The position numbers and the translations under genes are program-made. DNA of 64,000 nt from Candidatus Fimenecus sp. (GTDB lineage: Bacteria; Bacillota; Clostridia; Oscillospirales; Acutalibacteraceae). Of the stretch, positions 53,591 through 63,530 are shown one piece after another (position 1 is the stretch's first letter; every line of letters starts with the position of its first letter). The notes beneath the pieces were generated by a model. The model was not told the DNA's origin. It was given only the letters and a program-made list of their open reading frames with translations, and searched no databases. The stretch spans positions 109,253 to 173,252 of the forward strand of contig DAVZXP010000005.1 in NCBI GenBank assembly GCA_052298855.1, given 5' to 3'.

Positions 53591-55687
53591 TTAAACTGTA
53601 GTAGTTACCACATACTTAAGAATTTTCTTTGCATCAATGATATCAACAACTCCGTCTTCATTCATATCTGCAAGGTTTTCTTGATACTTATTAAGTGTTG
53701 CCATTCCTATTGTTGATTTAAGCACCAATTTAGCATCTAAAACAGTTACCTCACCATCTAAGTTTGCGTCGCCCTTCTTGTCGGAATAGTTAACATTCTT
53801 AACTGCTGAAGTCGCTGATGTCACAAATGAATAGCCTATAACACCTTCAGATGTAGCACCGCATGCATATGAAAGGTTTGCGCTTTCAATTTCGCCTGTG
53901 CCGTAGATGTTGTCGGGAGTAGCACCCTTGAACTTAACTACATACTGAATCTCCTCATATGCAAGATCTGATGCCATAACATCAAGTCCAACACCAAGTG
54001 AGCCTAACAATCCGCCGACTGTATCAATAAGTGAAGCATTGAGAGCCTTAACGAACTTCTCGTTTGTGATATAATCGTTTGTAAGATGAGCTATTGAGTC
54101 ATATCCTGTCTCTTTATTCTGAGAGGGAAGGCTTACGATAATTGAATTTGTGCCTTCATCATATTCAGCCGAATCAATATCATATACATTAAGCTCTGTT
54201 GCCTTTACAGCAAATCTCGCATCGAGTTTATCAGAAGCATTTGAGCCTGAAGGAACAACTGCAGAGGTTGAACCGTTAGCAAACTGAGTAGAAGCTGTAG
54301 CACCTACATTTTTCTGCAAAAGGCCTGCAATTTTGCCCAATGTTTCCTTAAGTGTAGCATTGGTTTCGTCTATTGCACTCGATACATCCTGATAATGACA
54401 TTCAGGATCTGTAACATAACCGCACTTGCAGTCTGCGCTTGAGCAAACTGACTTGTCACAAGGATGAGTTGATGTGCAACCTGCACCTGCACAACATGCG
54501 CAACAACCGTCTACATCCTTACATGTGCACTGCCATACCTGGTGAGGATGTTTAGCTGTACATGTGTCGGGATTATTGCCGTCGCCTGCATTTTTACAAA
54601 CCCATTTTGTATAGTGAATGTCGGTTCCCAAATCCTTATTAACCTTAATAAGAATGTTATCTACCTTACCAAACAAAGGGACTAAAAGCGAACCTATAAG
54701 GCTGTCAGATGTAACTAAATCATTTGTTGAAAGAGTGAATGTATATTCATCTGTAAAGCCGCTATATCTTGAATAATCATAGCCTGCTTTTGCATCAACA
54801 ATATTTGCTGTGCCGGCATTGATTCTATTAGCGAGTTCAGCAAGATTGATGTCATCATCAGTGTAGTCAAACTTATTGTATTTTGACTCAACCGTAAGGC
54901 TGAATTTAGCATTCATAGCCTCGGGAGAAGCGTAATACACATCTGCCGAGCCCTCAAGCTTGTATGAATAAACAAGGAGTTTTATTCTGCCGTCTCCGTC
55001 GAAAGCAAACTTAATTGAAATGTTCTTAATTTTTACATCAAGATTTTTAATATCAAGTGCTGTATTATGCTCTTTTGCGCTGTACTTAAGGGTGTCATCA
55101 AGACCTGAAGCGTTAGGGTAATTAGCTGTAATAGCAGCCAAAACCGAATCCTCTACTCTCTCATCAGCTACGATATCGATATCATTACACTCAAATATTG
55201 TAGCCTGAGTACCGTCTACTCTTCCTGACTTCTGCTTCTTTACTTGAGAAGCGTTAAGAGCAGTTGCAATTATAGCATCTCTGCCTGCCTTGATAGTCGG
55301 ATCTGCATTCTTTTTAACCACAGCGTTTAAAGAATCAACGCCAACAAGGTTTTTAAGAATAGCGTCAAAACTGTATTCTCCGTTCTTATTGCAGTACGGT
55401 TCCTTTGAATACTCGGGATATTTCTCTGCCAAAATAGCTTTGATTACTTTATCATTTTCGTCACTGCCAAACGAAACTGACGAATCAACTTTTTTAGTCA
55501 ATTCATAAGCCGGAGTTGTGTGTGTTGTTCCATCTGCATTTTTTGCATTGGCAATGTATGCAGTCTGTGTGTTGATTTTCTCAACATTTTCTTCAATCGT
55601 CGGTGTAGCTGCGATTGTAACAAAAGCAACTGTAAGGCTTGAAACAATCATAACCATTGCGAGAAGAATCGATAAGATCTTTTTCAT
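53591..55687 (-). CDS. secreted dockerin-containing protein with a Cys-rich insert
   Basis: Signal peptide MKKILSILLAMVMIVSSLTVAF. C-terminal type-I dockerin repeats (GDANLDGEVTVLDAKLVL; DMNEDGVVDIIDAKKIL). The ORF extends to 55756. Confidence 0.8.
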   Translation of the reverse strand: MKKILSILLAMVMIVSSLTVAFVTIAATPTIEENVEKINTQTAYIANAKNADGTTHTTPAYELTKKVDSSVSFGSDENDKVIKAILAEKYPEYSKEPYCNKNGEYSFDAILKNLVGVDSLNAVVKKNADPTIKAGRDAIIATALNASQVKKQKSGRVDGTQATIFECNDIDIVADERVEDSVLAAITANYPNASGLDDTLKYSAKEHNTALDIKNLDVKIKNISIKFAFDGDGRIKLLVYSYKLEGSADVYYASPEAMNAKFSLTVESKYNKFDYTDDDINLAELANRINAGTANIVDAKAGYDYSRYSGFTDEYTFTLSTNDLVTSDSLIGSLLVPLFGKVDNILIKVNKDLGTDIHYTKWVCKNAGDGNNPDTCTAKHPHQVWQCTCKDVDGCCACCAGAGCTSTHPCDKSVCSSADCKCGYVTDPECHYQDVSSAIDETNATLKETLGKIAGLLQKNVGATASTQFANGSTSAVVPSGSNASDKLDARFAVKATELNVYDIDSAEYDEGTNSIIVSLPSQNKETGYDSIAHLTNDYITNEKFVKALNASLIDTVGGLLGSLGVGLDVMASDLAYEEIQYVVKFKGATPDNIYGTGEIESANLSYACGATSEGVIGYSFVTSATSAVKNVNYSDKKGDANLDGEVTVLDAKLVLKSTIGMATLNKYQENLADMNEDGVVDIIDAKKILKYVVTTTV

Positions 55688-55968
55688 TTTCAAAAGCTCC
55701 TTATAAGAATTTGTATTTTCACCGCAGCTTAAGGGTGAAACCCCCTTAGGGTGCATAATTACATTTCATATAATATCACAAGATAATGGCTTTTGCAATA
55801 AGATTGTCAAAAATTTTTGATAAAAAATGATATTTTTATCGTATTACACAATAACAACCGCATCCATTTTATATGCATTGCACAAAACAAGCTGTTTTGT
55901 TTGTAAAATCGGGAAATATGTGCTATAGTATTGTGGTTATTTAATACATTATATATTACGGAGAAAAT

Positions 55969-57864
55969 ATGTTAGTTACGCTTACCGATGTTTCAAAGGG
56001 CTTCCTTGACGAAACGATACTCGAAAAAATAAATATGTCTATAAATGAGGGCGACAAAGTCGGTCTTATGGGCGTGAACGGTGCCGGTAAAACGACGCTT
56101 CTCAATATCATTGCGGGAGTTCTCCCCTGCGATGAGGGTACGGTGTCGAAAAAGAGCAATCTCGAAATCGGCTACCTGCAACAAAATGAAGCTCTTGACG
56201 ACGGCAACACGCTTGAAGAAGAAATCAAATCCGCACTTGAACGCACATACACGGTGCGCAGGCTTATGGCTGAAATTTCCGCAAAAATGGCTTCGGCTGA
56301 TGTCGAAGGTGACGAATACAAACGCCTTGAGAACGAATATGCAGCCCTCGACAACGAATACACGGCTCTTGACGGCTACTCGGCGGATACGAGGATAAAC
56401 CGTGTACTCACGGGTCTCGGATTTCGTGATTTTGACCTCAAAATGAAAACCTCGGCACTTTCGGGCGGAGAAAAGATGCGTTTCGGTATGGCTAAAATCC
56501 TGCTTCGCAACCCTGAACTGCTTATTTTGGACGAGCCGACAAACCATCTTGATTTTTCAATGCTCGCATGGCTTGAGGATTATATAAAATCGTATAAAGG
56601 CGCAGTTTTGACGGTGTCGCACGACAGATACTTCCTTGACAGCATTGTTTCAAGCATATATGAAATCGAGCAAAAGCACATTTACAAATACAAAGGCGGT
56701 TACTCGGCTTTCATAAAGCAAAAGGAAGAACGACTTCGTGTGCTTGAAAAGGAATATGACAAGCAACAGCAAGAGCTTGCGGCAATGCGTGATTATGTCA
56801 GCCGCAACCTTGCCCGTTCAAGCAGTTCAAACAGCGTAGGTTCAAGGGTTAAGGCACTTGAAAAAATGGAAATTATGCAGAAGCCGAACCCGAGACCGAA
56901 AGATATTCATTTCAAATTCGACTATGATATTGAGCCTCACAAAACGGTGCTTACCGTCAAGGATATGGGCGTTCACGTGGGCGACAGGGTAACGGGCAAG
57001 CAGTTATACGACAACATTTCACTTGAAGTTCTCTGCGGCGATAAAATTGCGATCGTCGGCAAAAACGGCGTCGGTAAATCATCATTTTTAAAGGCTGTTA
57101 TGAAGCGCATAAGCTGTTCGGGAACTGTCCGCTTCGGCGGAAATGTCAAGGTTGCGTATTTCGATCAGGAGCTTCGTGACCTCGATTTGAACGACACGGT
57201 TATTGAGGCGGTACACAAGCAATTTCCGACCAAGACCGATTTTGAAATTCGCAGTGCTCTCGGCAGACTTTTGATTGAGGACGAGGCAGTTTTCAAGCGT
57301 GTGCGTGAATTGTCTGGTGCAAACAGGGCGAAAGTGCAGTTTTGTATTATAATGTTCAAGCGTGCAAACGTGCTTATCCTTGACGAGCCGACAAACCATC
57401 TTGATTACATTGCAAAAGAGGCTCTCGATGAGGCGTTGAAGCAGTTTACCGGTACGCTTATAACCGTTTCGCACGACAGATATTTTCTCAACACCGTGCC
57501 GACTAAAATAATCGAAATGTTCCCCGACGGGCTCGAAATATACAACGGAAAATATAATTATTATCTTGAACACCGCAAGACCGTTCAACCGCAAGTGACG
57601 GAAAAACAGGATTCAGAGCAAAAGACGGCATATATAGCCTCAAAGCTCAACAAAGCGGATGAACGCAAGCGCAGAGCAAAAATCAATGCTCTTTCAAAGG
57701 AAATCGAAGCACTCGAAAGTAAAATTGAGGAATTAAAAGTCCGCTCGGCAACCGAAGAAATCGTAACCGACTATGTAAAGCTCGGCGAAGTGCTCGAAGA
57801 AATCAAACAAAAAGAAGCCACCCTCGAAGAAAAAGAAATCGAATGGCTTGAATTGTCAGAATGA
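55969..57864 (+). CDS. ABC-F family ATPase (translation factor / Uup-EttA-like)
   Basis: Two ABC cassettes (GVNGAGKTT/LSGGEK and GKNGVGKSS/LSGANR), no TM region and a C-terminal coiled coil. Confidence 0.9.
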   Translation: MLVTLTDVSKGFLDETILEKINMSINEGDKVGLMGVNGAGKTTLLNIIAGVLPCDEGTVSKKSNLEIGYLQQNEALDDGNTLEEEIKSALERTYTVRRLMAEISAKMASADVEGDEYKRLENEYAALDNEYTALDGYSADTRINRVLTGLGFRDFDLKMKTSALSGGEKMRFGMAKILLRNPELLILDEPTNHLDFSMLAWLEDYIKSYKGAVLTVSHDRYFLDSIVSSIYEIEQKHIYKYKGGYSAFIKQKEERLRVLEKEYDKQQQELAAMRDYVSRNLARSSSSNSVGSRVKALEKMEIMQKPNPRPKDIHFKFDYDIEPHKTVLTVKDMGVHVGDRVTGKQLYDNISLEVLCGDKIAIVGKNGVGKSSFLKAVMKRISCSGTVRFGGNVKVAYFDQELRDLDLNDTVIEAVHKQFPTKTDFEIRSALGRLLIEDEAVFKRVRELSGANRAKVQFCIIMFKRANVLILDEPTNHLDYIAKEALDEALKQFTGTLITVSHDRYFLNTVPTKIIEMFPDGLEIYNGKYNYYLEHRKTVQPQVTEKQDSEQKTAYIASKLNKADERKRRAKINALSKEIEALESKIEELKVRSATEEIVTDYVKLGEVLEEIKQKEATLEEKEIEWLELSE

Positions 57865-57874
57865 ATATAAATAG

Positions 57875-57915
57875 GAAAACACCGACTGCATTAGGAGATA
57901 ACAGTCGGTGTTTTC
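57875..57915 (+). terminator. rho-independent terminator after the ABC-F gene
   Basis: Hairpin gaaaacaccgactg/cagtcggtgttttc. Confidence 0.75.
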
Positions 57916-57939
57916 TATACTATATGGGAAAAAGGGAAA

Positions 57940-58863
57940 TTATCGATTTAAGAGTCGGGAAAGAAAACTCTTTCTCGGCGGGAGTTGATTGTACCGGTTC
58001 AAATCGTCAATTAATTCATCGCACGAATTGTAACGCTCTCTCGGATTAAACTGAGTACATTTGTTTATTATATAAGCCAAACCCGACGGTATTCCGGGCT
58101 CGTTTTTCTCAATCGGATTTAAGAGAAAGCTTCGTTCGCAAACATTCTGCCCTGTCAAAAGACGATACATTGTAATTCCGATTGCATAAATATCAGTTCG
58201 GGGGTCGGTTTGTCCCCTGCCCCCGAACTGCTCGGGTGCCGCATACCCTTTCGTTCCAAGACAGCAGGTATCGCCTGTCTGTCCGTCCTTATATATTCGC
58301 ATAATGCCGAAATCGATTATTCTCAGTCTGCCGCTCGGTTCTAAAATAAAATTGGCAGGCTTAACATCTCTGTAAATGTGTGCAGGCTCTAACGAATGCA
58401 AATAGCCGATGATACTACAAATTTGTCGAGTCCAGTCAATAACCTTTTCAACAGATTGAGCGCCGTAGTTTTCAACGATCCTTTCAAGCGTCATACCATG
58501 TATATATTCCTGAACAACAACGGTTTTATCCTCAACGGTATATACCTCTGCAAGCTTTGGAATAAGCGGATGGTCAAGCTCTTTTAGCATTTGAGCTTCC
58601 CTTCTTGCCGCTTGCACGGAAGCAGGAGAATCAGAACGAGTTACCTTGACTGCCCACTTCAAATTAAGGCGTGTATCATTTGCGAGAAAAACATCAAATG
58701 TTCCGCCTCTGCCGATCTGCTCAACAATTTCATATTTGTCATTTAGAATCATACCCGATTTAACATTAAATACAGGGTTGATTTCTTTAGATACTTCTGT
58801 TCGTATCGGAAAATGTATAACCGTTCCGCTTTTTGAAATTTGACGAGCGTCAAGTGTGTTCAT
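57940..58863 (-). CDS. Hanks-type serine/threonine protein kinase (cytoplasmic, no TM region or PASTA)
   Basis: Has GRGGTFDV (G-loop), WAVKV, YRDVKPANF, DFG and APE. The start is uncertain; the ORF extends to 58977. Confidence 0.85.
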   Translation of the reverse strand: MNTLDARQISKSGTVIHFPIRTEVSKEINPVFNVKSGMILNDKYEIVEQIGRGGTFDVFLANDTRLNLKWAVKVTRSDSPASVQAARREAQMLKELDHPLIPKLAEVYTVEDKTVVVQEYIHGMTLERIVENYGAQSVEKVIDWTRQICSIIGYLHSLEPAHIYRDVKPANFILEPSGRLRIIDFGIMRIYKDGQTGDTCCLGTKGYAAPEQFGGRGQTDPRTDIYAIGITMYRLLTGQNVCERSFLLNPIEKNEPGIPSGLAYIINKCTQFNPRERYNSCDELIDDLNRYNQLPPRKSFLSRLLNR

Positions 58864-59096
58864 AGCTCTCTTGTTCACCGTTTCTTTTATTATAGACACA
58901 TAATATCGACAAATTCGGTGCATTGCAATATGTTCGTGGTGAAAAGCAAAATTTGCGTGGTATAAAGCACAATGCAAAACGGCTTGGCAAAGAATTATAT
59001 TAACATATTGTTGTCTTTTTCGCCTTAAAATGTTAAAATGAATTTCGATATATTTCCTTGAGTTTCGTTTTATGAAAAAAGTTCGGAGGTGGGTAA

Positions 59097-59807
59097 ATGA
59101 ATATAGTGATTTGCGACGATGACCGTGATTACGGTGAGCTTTTGAGTGAGAAAATCAAGCTTTGTTTAAAGGATATGTTCAATTTTAATTATGAAATAAT
59201 CTACAAAAGCAGTCTTGACGAGTTAGCGAAATTTCTTGAAAATGACAAGGCTGATATTTTGTTTCTTGACATAATGGTAAACGGCATAAACTCTGTTGAT
59301 TGGTCGATAAATAACTTAAACGGCAACAATTTTCAGTTGATTTTTATGACGTTTTACCCTGTCGAAGCGTACAATATTTTTGAAACTAAATGCTCATATT
59401 TTCTCATAAAATCAAAAGTCACAATCGAACAGCTCAAAAGTGCTCTCAAAAAGTGCATAGGCAATATAACGCAGAAAAAAGCCGATTTGCTTGTGGTTAA
59501 AAGCGGTGCTAAAAATGTGACGCTGAACTTACAAGACATTGAGTACATAGAGTCGCTCAATAACAATATTTCAATTTATTTCAACGAGCAGCCGCCTCTC
59601 ACCCTCTATATGAAACTGAAAAATTTTGAAAAACTGTTGCCGTTGTATTTTTTGAAATGCCATAAGTCGTATATTGTCAATATGAATTGTATAACAGGCT
59701 GTGAGCCTTATGAATTTGTGCTTCACAATAATATTAAAATCCCCATTCCGTCAAGGAAGTACAAAGGCACGGTAAAAGCGTATAACGATTATATTACTAA
59801 TTTATAA
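59097..59807 (+). CDS. LytTR-family response regulator (AgrA/LytR type)
   Basis: REC domain (MNIVICDDD...FLDIMV) plus a C-terminal LytTR domain (FLKCHKSYIVNMN). Confidence 0.88.
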   Translation: MNIVICDDDRDYGELLSEKIKLCLKDMFNFNYEIIYKSSLDELAKFLENDKADILFLDIMVNGINSVDWSINNLNGNNFQLIFMTFYPVEAYNIFETKCSYFLIKSKVTIEQLKSALKKCIGNITQKKADLLVVKSGAKNVTLNLQDIEYIESLNNNISIYFNEQPPLTLYMKLKNFEKLLPLYFLKCHKSYIVNMNCITGCEPYEFVLHNNIKIPIPSRKYKGTVKAYNDYITNL

Positions 59808-59816
59808 GGAGACAAA

Positions 59817-61169
59817 ATGACACAGGTTGACTTAACTCAATTTTTCCCGTGGACATTCATTCTGCATCTTGCAAGAAGTCTGCTGACCTTCAACGTAATA
59901 ACCGCAATGCTCAAGCCTAAGAAAAGCCTTACTTTGACATTTTTCGGCTTTGTGGGAATTACAATGCTGTATTCTTATCTGTCGCTTGAGCTGATAGACT
60001 ATACGGTAAACATTATGGAGTACCTTGCGGTTATAGGCTATTATGTAACGGTGTTTTTGCTTGCATTTTTTATGTACGAGGGCAAAACGAGCAGGAAAAC
60101 CTTTTCGATTTTCATCAGCTTTGCGGCATATTTCGTATCGGTAATGCTCTTTACCATGCTTGAGGGCTTGTTTTACGGCTTTGACCTCGGCTCGGTTTCA
60201 TACAGCACCGTTACGGTTACGGACGTGTTCGCTCAATCGATATTTATGTTCTCATTTTCGTTTGTGTTCGCTGCGCTGCTGAAATATCTTACCAACCGTA
60301 AAAACACAAGGTCAACTGAAAGCAAGCTGTTTTTAATCTACCTTTTCCCCGTCACGCACATAATAAACGTGATGATTTTGTTTATGGCGTTCAAAATCTA
60401 CAACATAAACCGTACCGAGTTTGATGCGGTTGCGCTCGATATGGGTGTGTTCGGATTCATTTCGTTTATACTCTGCTTTGCGATTGATATTCTTATCATT
60501 TTTGCAATTGAATACATTGAAAAAGTGCAGGAGGAAAACCTCAAATACGAAAAAGCCTTAATGCAAAACCAAATCGACTACAACCGCATACAGCAACTTA
60601 AAGAGGAAAAGACCGCAATCAGTAAAATCCGCCACGATTTTACGGGAATTATCTCCACGGCGGCAGGATTTATCGAATTGGGCAATTACGAAAAGGCGCT
60701 GTCAATTCTTTCCAATGCGGGAAGCGATGTTTTCGGAAGCAGTGAGAAATATTGTCATAACGAGCTTATAAATATTATCGTTCAGCTTAAAAGAAACACC
60801 GCAAAACAAGCGGGGACAGAGCTTTCGTTTGATATAAACGAAAATGCCAAGCTAAATATTGACGACTATGACATTTGCAGACTTCTCAACAACCTTATTG
60901 ACAACTCGATAAACGCCGTACAATATACAAAGGTTAAAAAGTCATTTGTTTCAATCGTTATCGACCAAGACAAAGTTGTTGTCAGAACGGAAAACAAGTT
61001 TGACAGTACAGCAAAAAAGCCGAAGCGTGACGAGTCAAAGCACGGCTTCGGTACAAAGATAATTAAGGATATTGCAAAGAAATACGGCGGTAAATATTCG
61101 ATTGAAATCAACGGCGACAATTATATTACGGTTACAACATTGAAGAATTACGGGTTATCTGCAAATTGA
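59817..61169 (+). CDS. AgrC-like (HPK10) GHKL sensor histidine kinase
   Basis: 6-7 N-terminal TM helices, H-box IRHDF and N-box LLNNLIDNSINA. Starts 10 nt after the regulator gene. Confidence 0.85.
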   Translation: MTQVDLTQFFPWTFILHLARSLLTFNVITAMLKPKKSLTLTFFGFVGITMLYSYLSLELIDYTVNIMEYLAVIGYYVTVFLLAFFMYEGKTSRKTFSIFISFAAYFVSVMLFTMLEGLFYGFDLGSVSYSTVTVTDVFAQSIFMFSFSFVFAALLKYLTNRKNTRSTESKLFLIYLFPVTHIINVMILFMAFKIYNINRTEFDAVALDMGVFGFISFILCFAIDILIIFAIEYIEKVQEENLKYEKALMQNQIDYNRIQQLKEEKTAISKIRHDFTGIISTAAGFIELGNYEKALSILSNAGSDVFGSSEKYCHNELINIIVQLKRNTAKQAGTELSFDINENAKLNIDDYDICRLLNNLIDNSINAVQYTKVKKSFVSIVIDQDKVVVRTENKFDSTAKKPKRDESKHGFGTKIIKDIAKKYGGKYSIEINGDNYITVTTLKNYGLSAN

Positions 61170-61174
61170 ATTCA

Positions 61175-61955
61175 ATATCATACCGTATGGACAGCCCTTG
61201 CGGCTGTCCGTCAAAGGCTCCCTTGTAAAGGGAGCTGTCATTTTTTGGAAACAAAAAATGACTGAGGGATTTTATAAAATCATATAAATCAACCTTACAA
61301 TCCCTCCGAGTTGCCTACGGCAACCCACCTATTGCCCTCTTGCGGTATCCCGATTTTGTTTATGCGGCTTGGAGTGCCGCACAAAATCGACCGTTGCGCC
61401 AACAGATGCTCCATTTATCCGCCACAGGCGGCGGTCGCATATGTTGCCCATCAGAGGAAGGCTTAATATCTTGTACGATTGAAAATGGCATTAAAATCCA
61501 CGCACAACCCGTAGGGGCGAACTGTGTTCGCCTGTCAAAAATTTATATGAAAATAAAAATAGACGAACACAGTTCGCCCCTACGATATGATGTTTAATTC
61601 AATTTTAATAACAACCGTTAATTATCATATATCCGTAAATTTCCTCGGCGGGAGCAAGCCCCCGCCCTACCGTATGAAAATGAATTTGTGTGTTTCACAA
61701 TCCCCCCGAGTTGCCTACGGCAACCCACCTCCCTTTACAAGGGAGGCTGAACGCACGAATTGAATTTGATGTGAATTTCAGCAGGGCTTGCCCCTGTCCG
61801 CAATCCGCAAAAGTTGGTAGCGACAGTGAGCCGTCGTGAGGGCGTTTACAACCGAACAGGCGAGCCGAGCGTGATTTTTGCGGAAAGGAGGAGCAGCGGA
61901 ATGAGTGCGAGGCGATAAAAAAATCGCCGCAAGCGATATGTAGCTTGCGACGACG
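61175..61955. repeat. mosaic REP-like repeat cluster 4 (abuts tRNA-Val)
   Basis: Hairpins at 61185-61209, 61511-61532, 61562-61583, 61647-61671 and 61782-61799. Shared modules at 61213-61330, 61331-61462 and 61803-61955. Confidence 0.9.
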
Positions 61956-62031
61956 TGGTGGACGTTAACGGACTCGAACCGCTGACCCTTCGCACGTCAA
62001 GCGAATGCTCTACCAACTGAGCTAAACGTCC
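61956..62031 (-). tRNA. tRNA-Val (anticodon GAC), CCA encoded
   Basis: 76 nt: GGACGTT-TA-GCTC-AGTTGGTA-GAGC-A-TTCGC-TTGACGT-GCGAA-GGGTC-AGCGG-TTCGAGT-CCGTT-AACGTCC-A-CCA. All stems pair. Confidence 0.88.
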
Positions 62032-62081
62032 TTAATTGACAGTATCGCTATTATACAGGAATATCCCGAAATTTGCAACAC

Positions 62082-62336
62082 TCATTTAAAAATTGTTGCG
62101 CTTAAAAACAAAAATATTACGCCGGGAATTCCGCCGATTGCCGAAAGCGTCAGCGTGTGTGCGTTGATATTAGGACCTATGCCGAAAAATCCGCCGACAT
62201 ATTTTGCCGCAAACAGCGTGATTATCCCCTGTGCCGCCGTCAGAAAAAGCACGGAGAAAAAGCGTTTTGTCCTTATCATTGAAGCAATTATTGCAAGTCC
62301 CGCAACCGCAAATAAGCAGTATATTGCCGTGTTCAT
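62082..62336 (-). CDS. bofA: pro-sigma-K processing inhibitor BofA
   Basis: 84 aa with 2 TM helices; the GIGPNINAHTLTLSAIGGIPGV motif resembles B. subtilis BofA. AAGGAG RBS before ATG 62336. Confidence 0.7.
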   Translation of the reverse strand: MNTAIYCLFAVAGLAIIASMIRTKRFFSVLFLTAAQGIITLFAAKYVGGFFGIGPNINAHTLTLSAIGGIPGVIFLFLSATIFK

Positions 62337-62510
62337 ATTTGTCACTCCTTTAGTGAATTTTATGCTCACGACGGCGTAAAATATGACAGGCGGAAACAGA
62401 GATTATTAAATTTTGCGGATTTTGTCGATTTACGGTTGACCTATTATGCAAAATAAAGTAAAATAATATAATACGATTATAACTTTTTAATATAGATACG
62501 GTGCAGATAA

Positions 62511-63182
62511 ATGAAAAAAATATTTCCCTTTGAAGTATTTGACATTATACCTTGTCCCGACGGAATTATCCTCTCGCAAAAAGAATTGTTCAACGGAACA
62601 AGTTATAAGGTCAGCTTTCTTCAATACAGCGTTGTAACGGGTAAACTTTCTCCCGTTACAAAGGACTTTTATCAACTTAATAAATTCGGCGAAAACTATG
62701 CAAAGATTTGCGAGGAAATCGGCGACTATATATCCTGCGAGGCTACTGTTTTCAAAAACGGCAGCGTTGCTGTTGTGTATTCAAGCGGCGAAACGGGACT
62801 TTTTGACGCAAGCGGCAAGCCCGTATGGACGGGAGATTTGATTTACAAGGATTGCCCTATAAACGGTGCTGTTGCCGACGGTGTTTATTTTTGGACTACC
62901 GTTCCGCTTCAAAACTCGATAATCAATTACTCAGTTCCGCACAAGAAATTCAGTATGCGAATAGGCTCTGAAAAGTCCGCAACATTCAGCGAACCCGTTT
63001 CCTTGAGCATTTACAGGAAAGAGATGTTCGTCTGCAACGCAGGGTCAAATAAGATACGCAAGGTAAACCTCTCGAACTATCTTGTCAGTGATTACAAGCG
63101 CTTTGACGAGCCCGTTTACAAATACATTCGCTCGGCACTAAAGGAATTTGTCATTTTAAGCTCGGGTGTATATGTCCTTTAA
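62511..63182 (+). CDS. hypothetical protein
   Basis: 223-aa ORF with no recognised motif and a coding-like composition. Confidence 0.4.
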   Translation: MKKIFPFEVFDIIPCPDGIILSQKELFNGTSYKVSFLQYSVVTGKLSPVTKDFYQLNKFGENYAKICEEIGDYISCEATVFKNGSVAVVYSSGETGLFDASGKPVWTGDLIYKDCPINGAVADGVYFWTTVPLQNSIINYSVPHKKFSMRIGSEKSATFSEPVSLSIYRKEMFVCNAGSNKIRKVNLSNYLVSDYKRFDEPVYKYIRSALKEFVILSSGVYVL

Positions 63183-63273
63183 TAATAAATCTAAAAAAAC
63201 GCTCTTATTGAAGGCTGAGTGTTAATAAGGCAGTTTTGCTTCAAAACAACATCTTTTTGCACAATAATTCGTT

Positions 63274-63312
63274 AAACCCCGCAGATATGCGTTAGCATTA
63301 TCTGCGGGGTTT
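63274..63312. terminator. bidirectional hairpin terminator
   Basis: aaaccccgcagata/tatctgcggggttt, between convergent genes. Confidence 0.75.
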
Positions 63313-63530
63313 GCCTTTTCTTGCATCAAAAATATATTATTTTGAAGTGCGTTGCAGTTTCGTAGTTATAAAAAATCTTTTATGCCGAAGCCGAGAAATG
63401 ATGCAAGGCTGTCGCCTTGCGAGGCTTTTTGGCAAAAGCATAAGGGATTTTTATGCGAGAAACCAATACTTCCTTATGAACACTCAGCCAAAGCTTAGTA
63501 AGAGCGTTAGTTTTATGCCTTTTTGGAAAC

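Noticed and set aside
57940-58977. Kinase catalytic loop reads YRD instead of HRD, which could suggest a pseudokinase.
   Set aside because: YRD is a normal variant of the catalytic loop (PKA uses YRDLKPEN). The catalytic Asp, the VAIK-type Lys (AVKV), DFG and APE are all present.
59097-61169. AgrA/AgrC-like pair as a quorum-sensing locus with a hidden AgrD peptide.
   Set aside because: There is no AgrB-like membrane protease and no short Cys-containing peptide ORF with an RBS upstream or downstream. The downstream DNA is repeat cluster 4. I report it as an orphan LytTR two-component system only.
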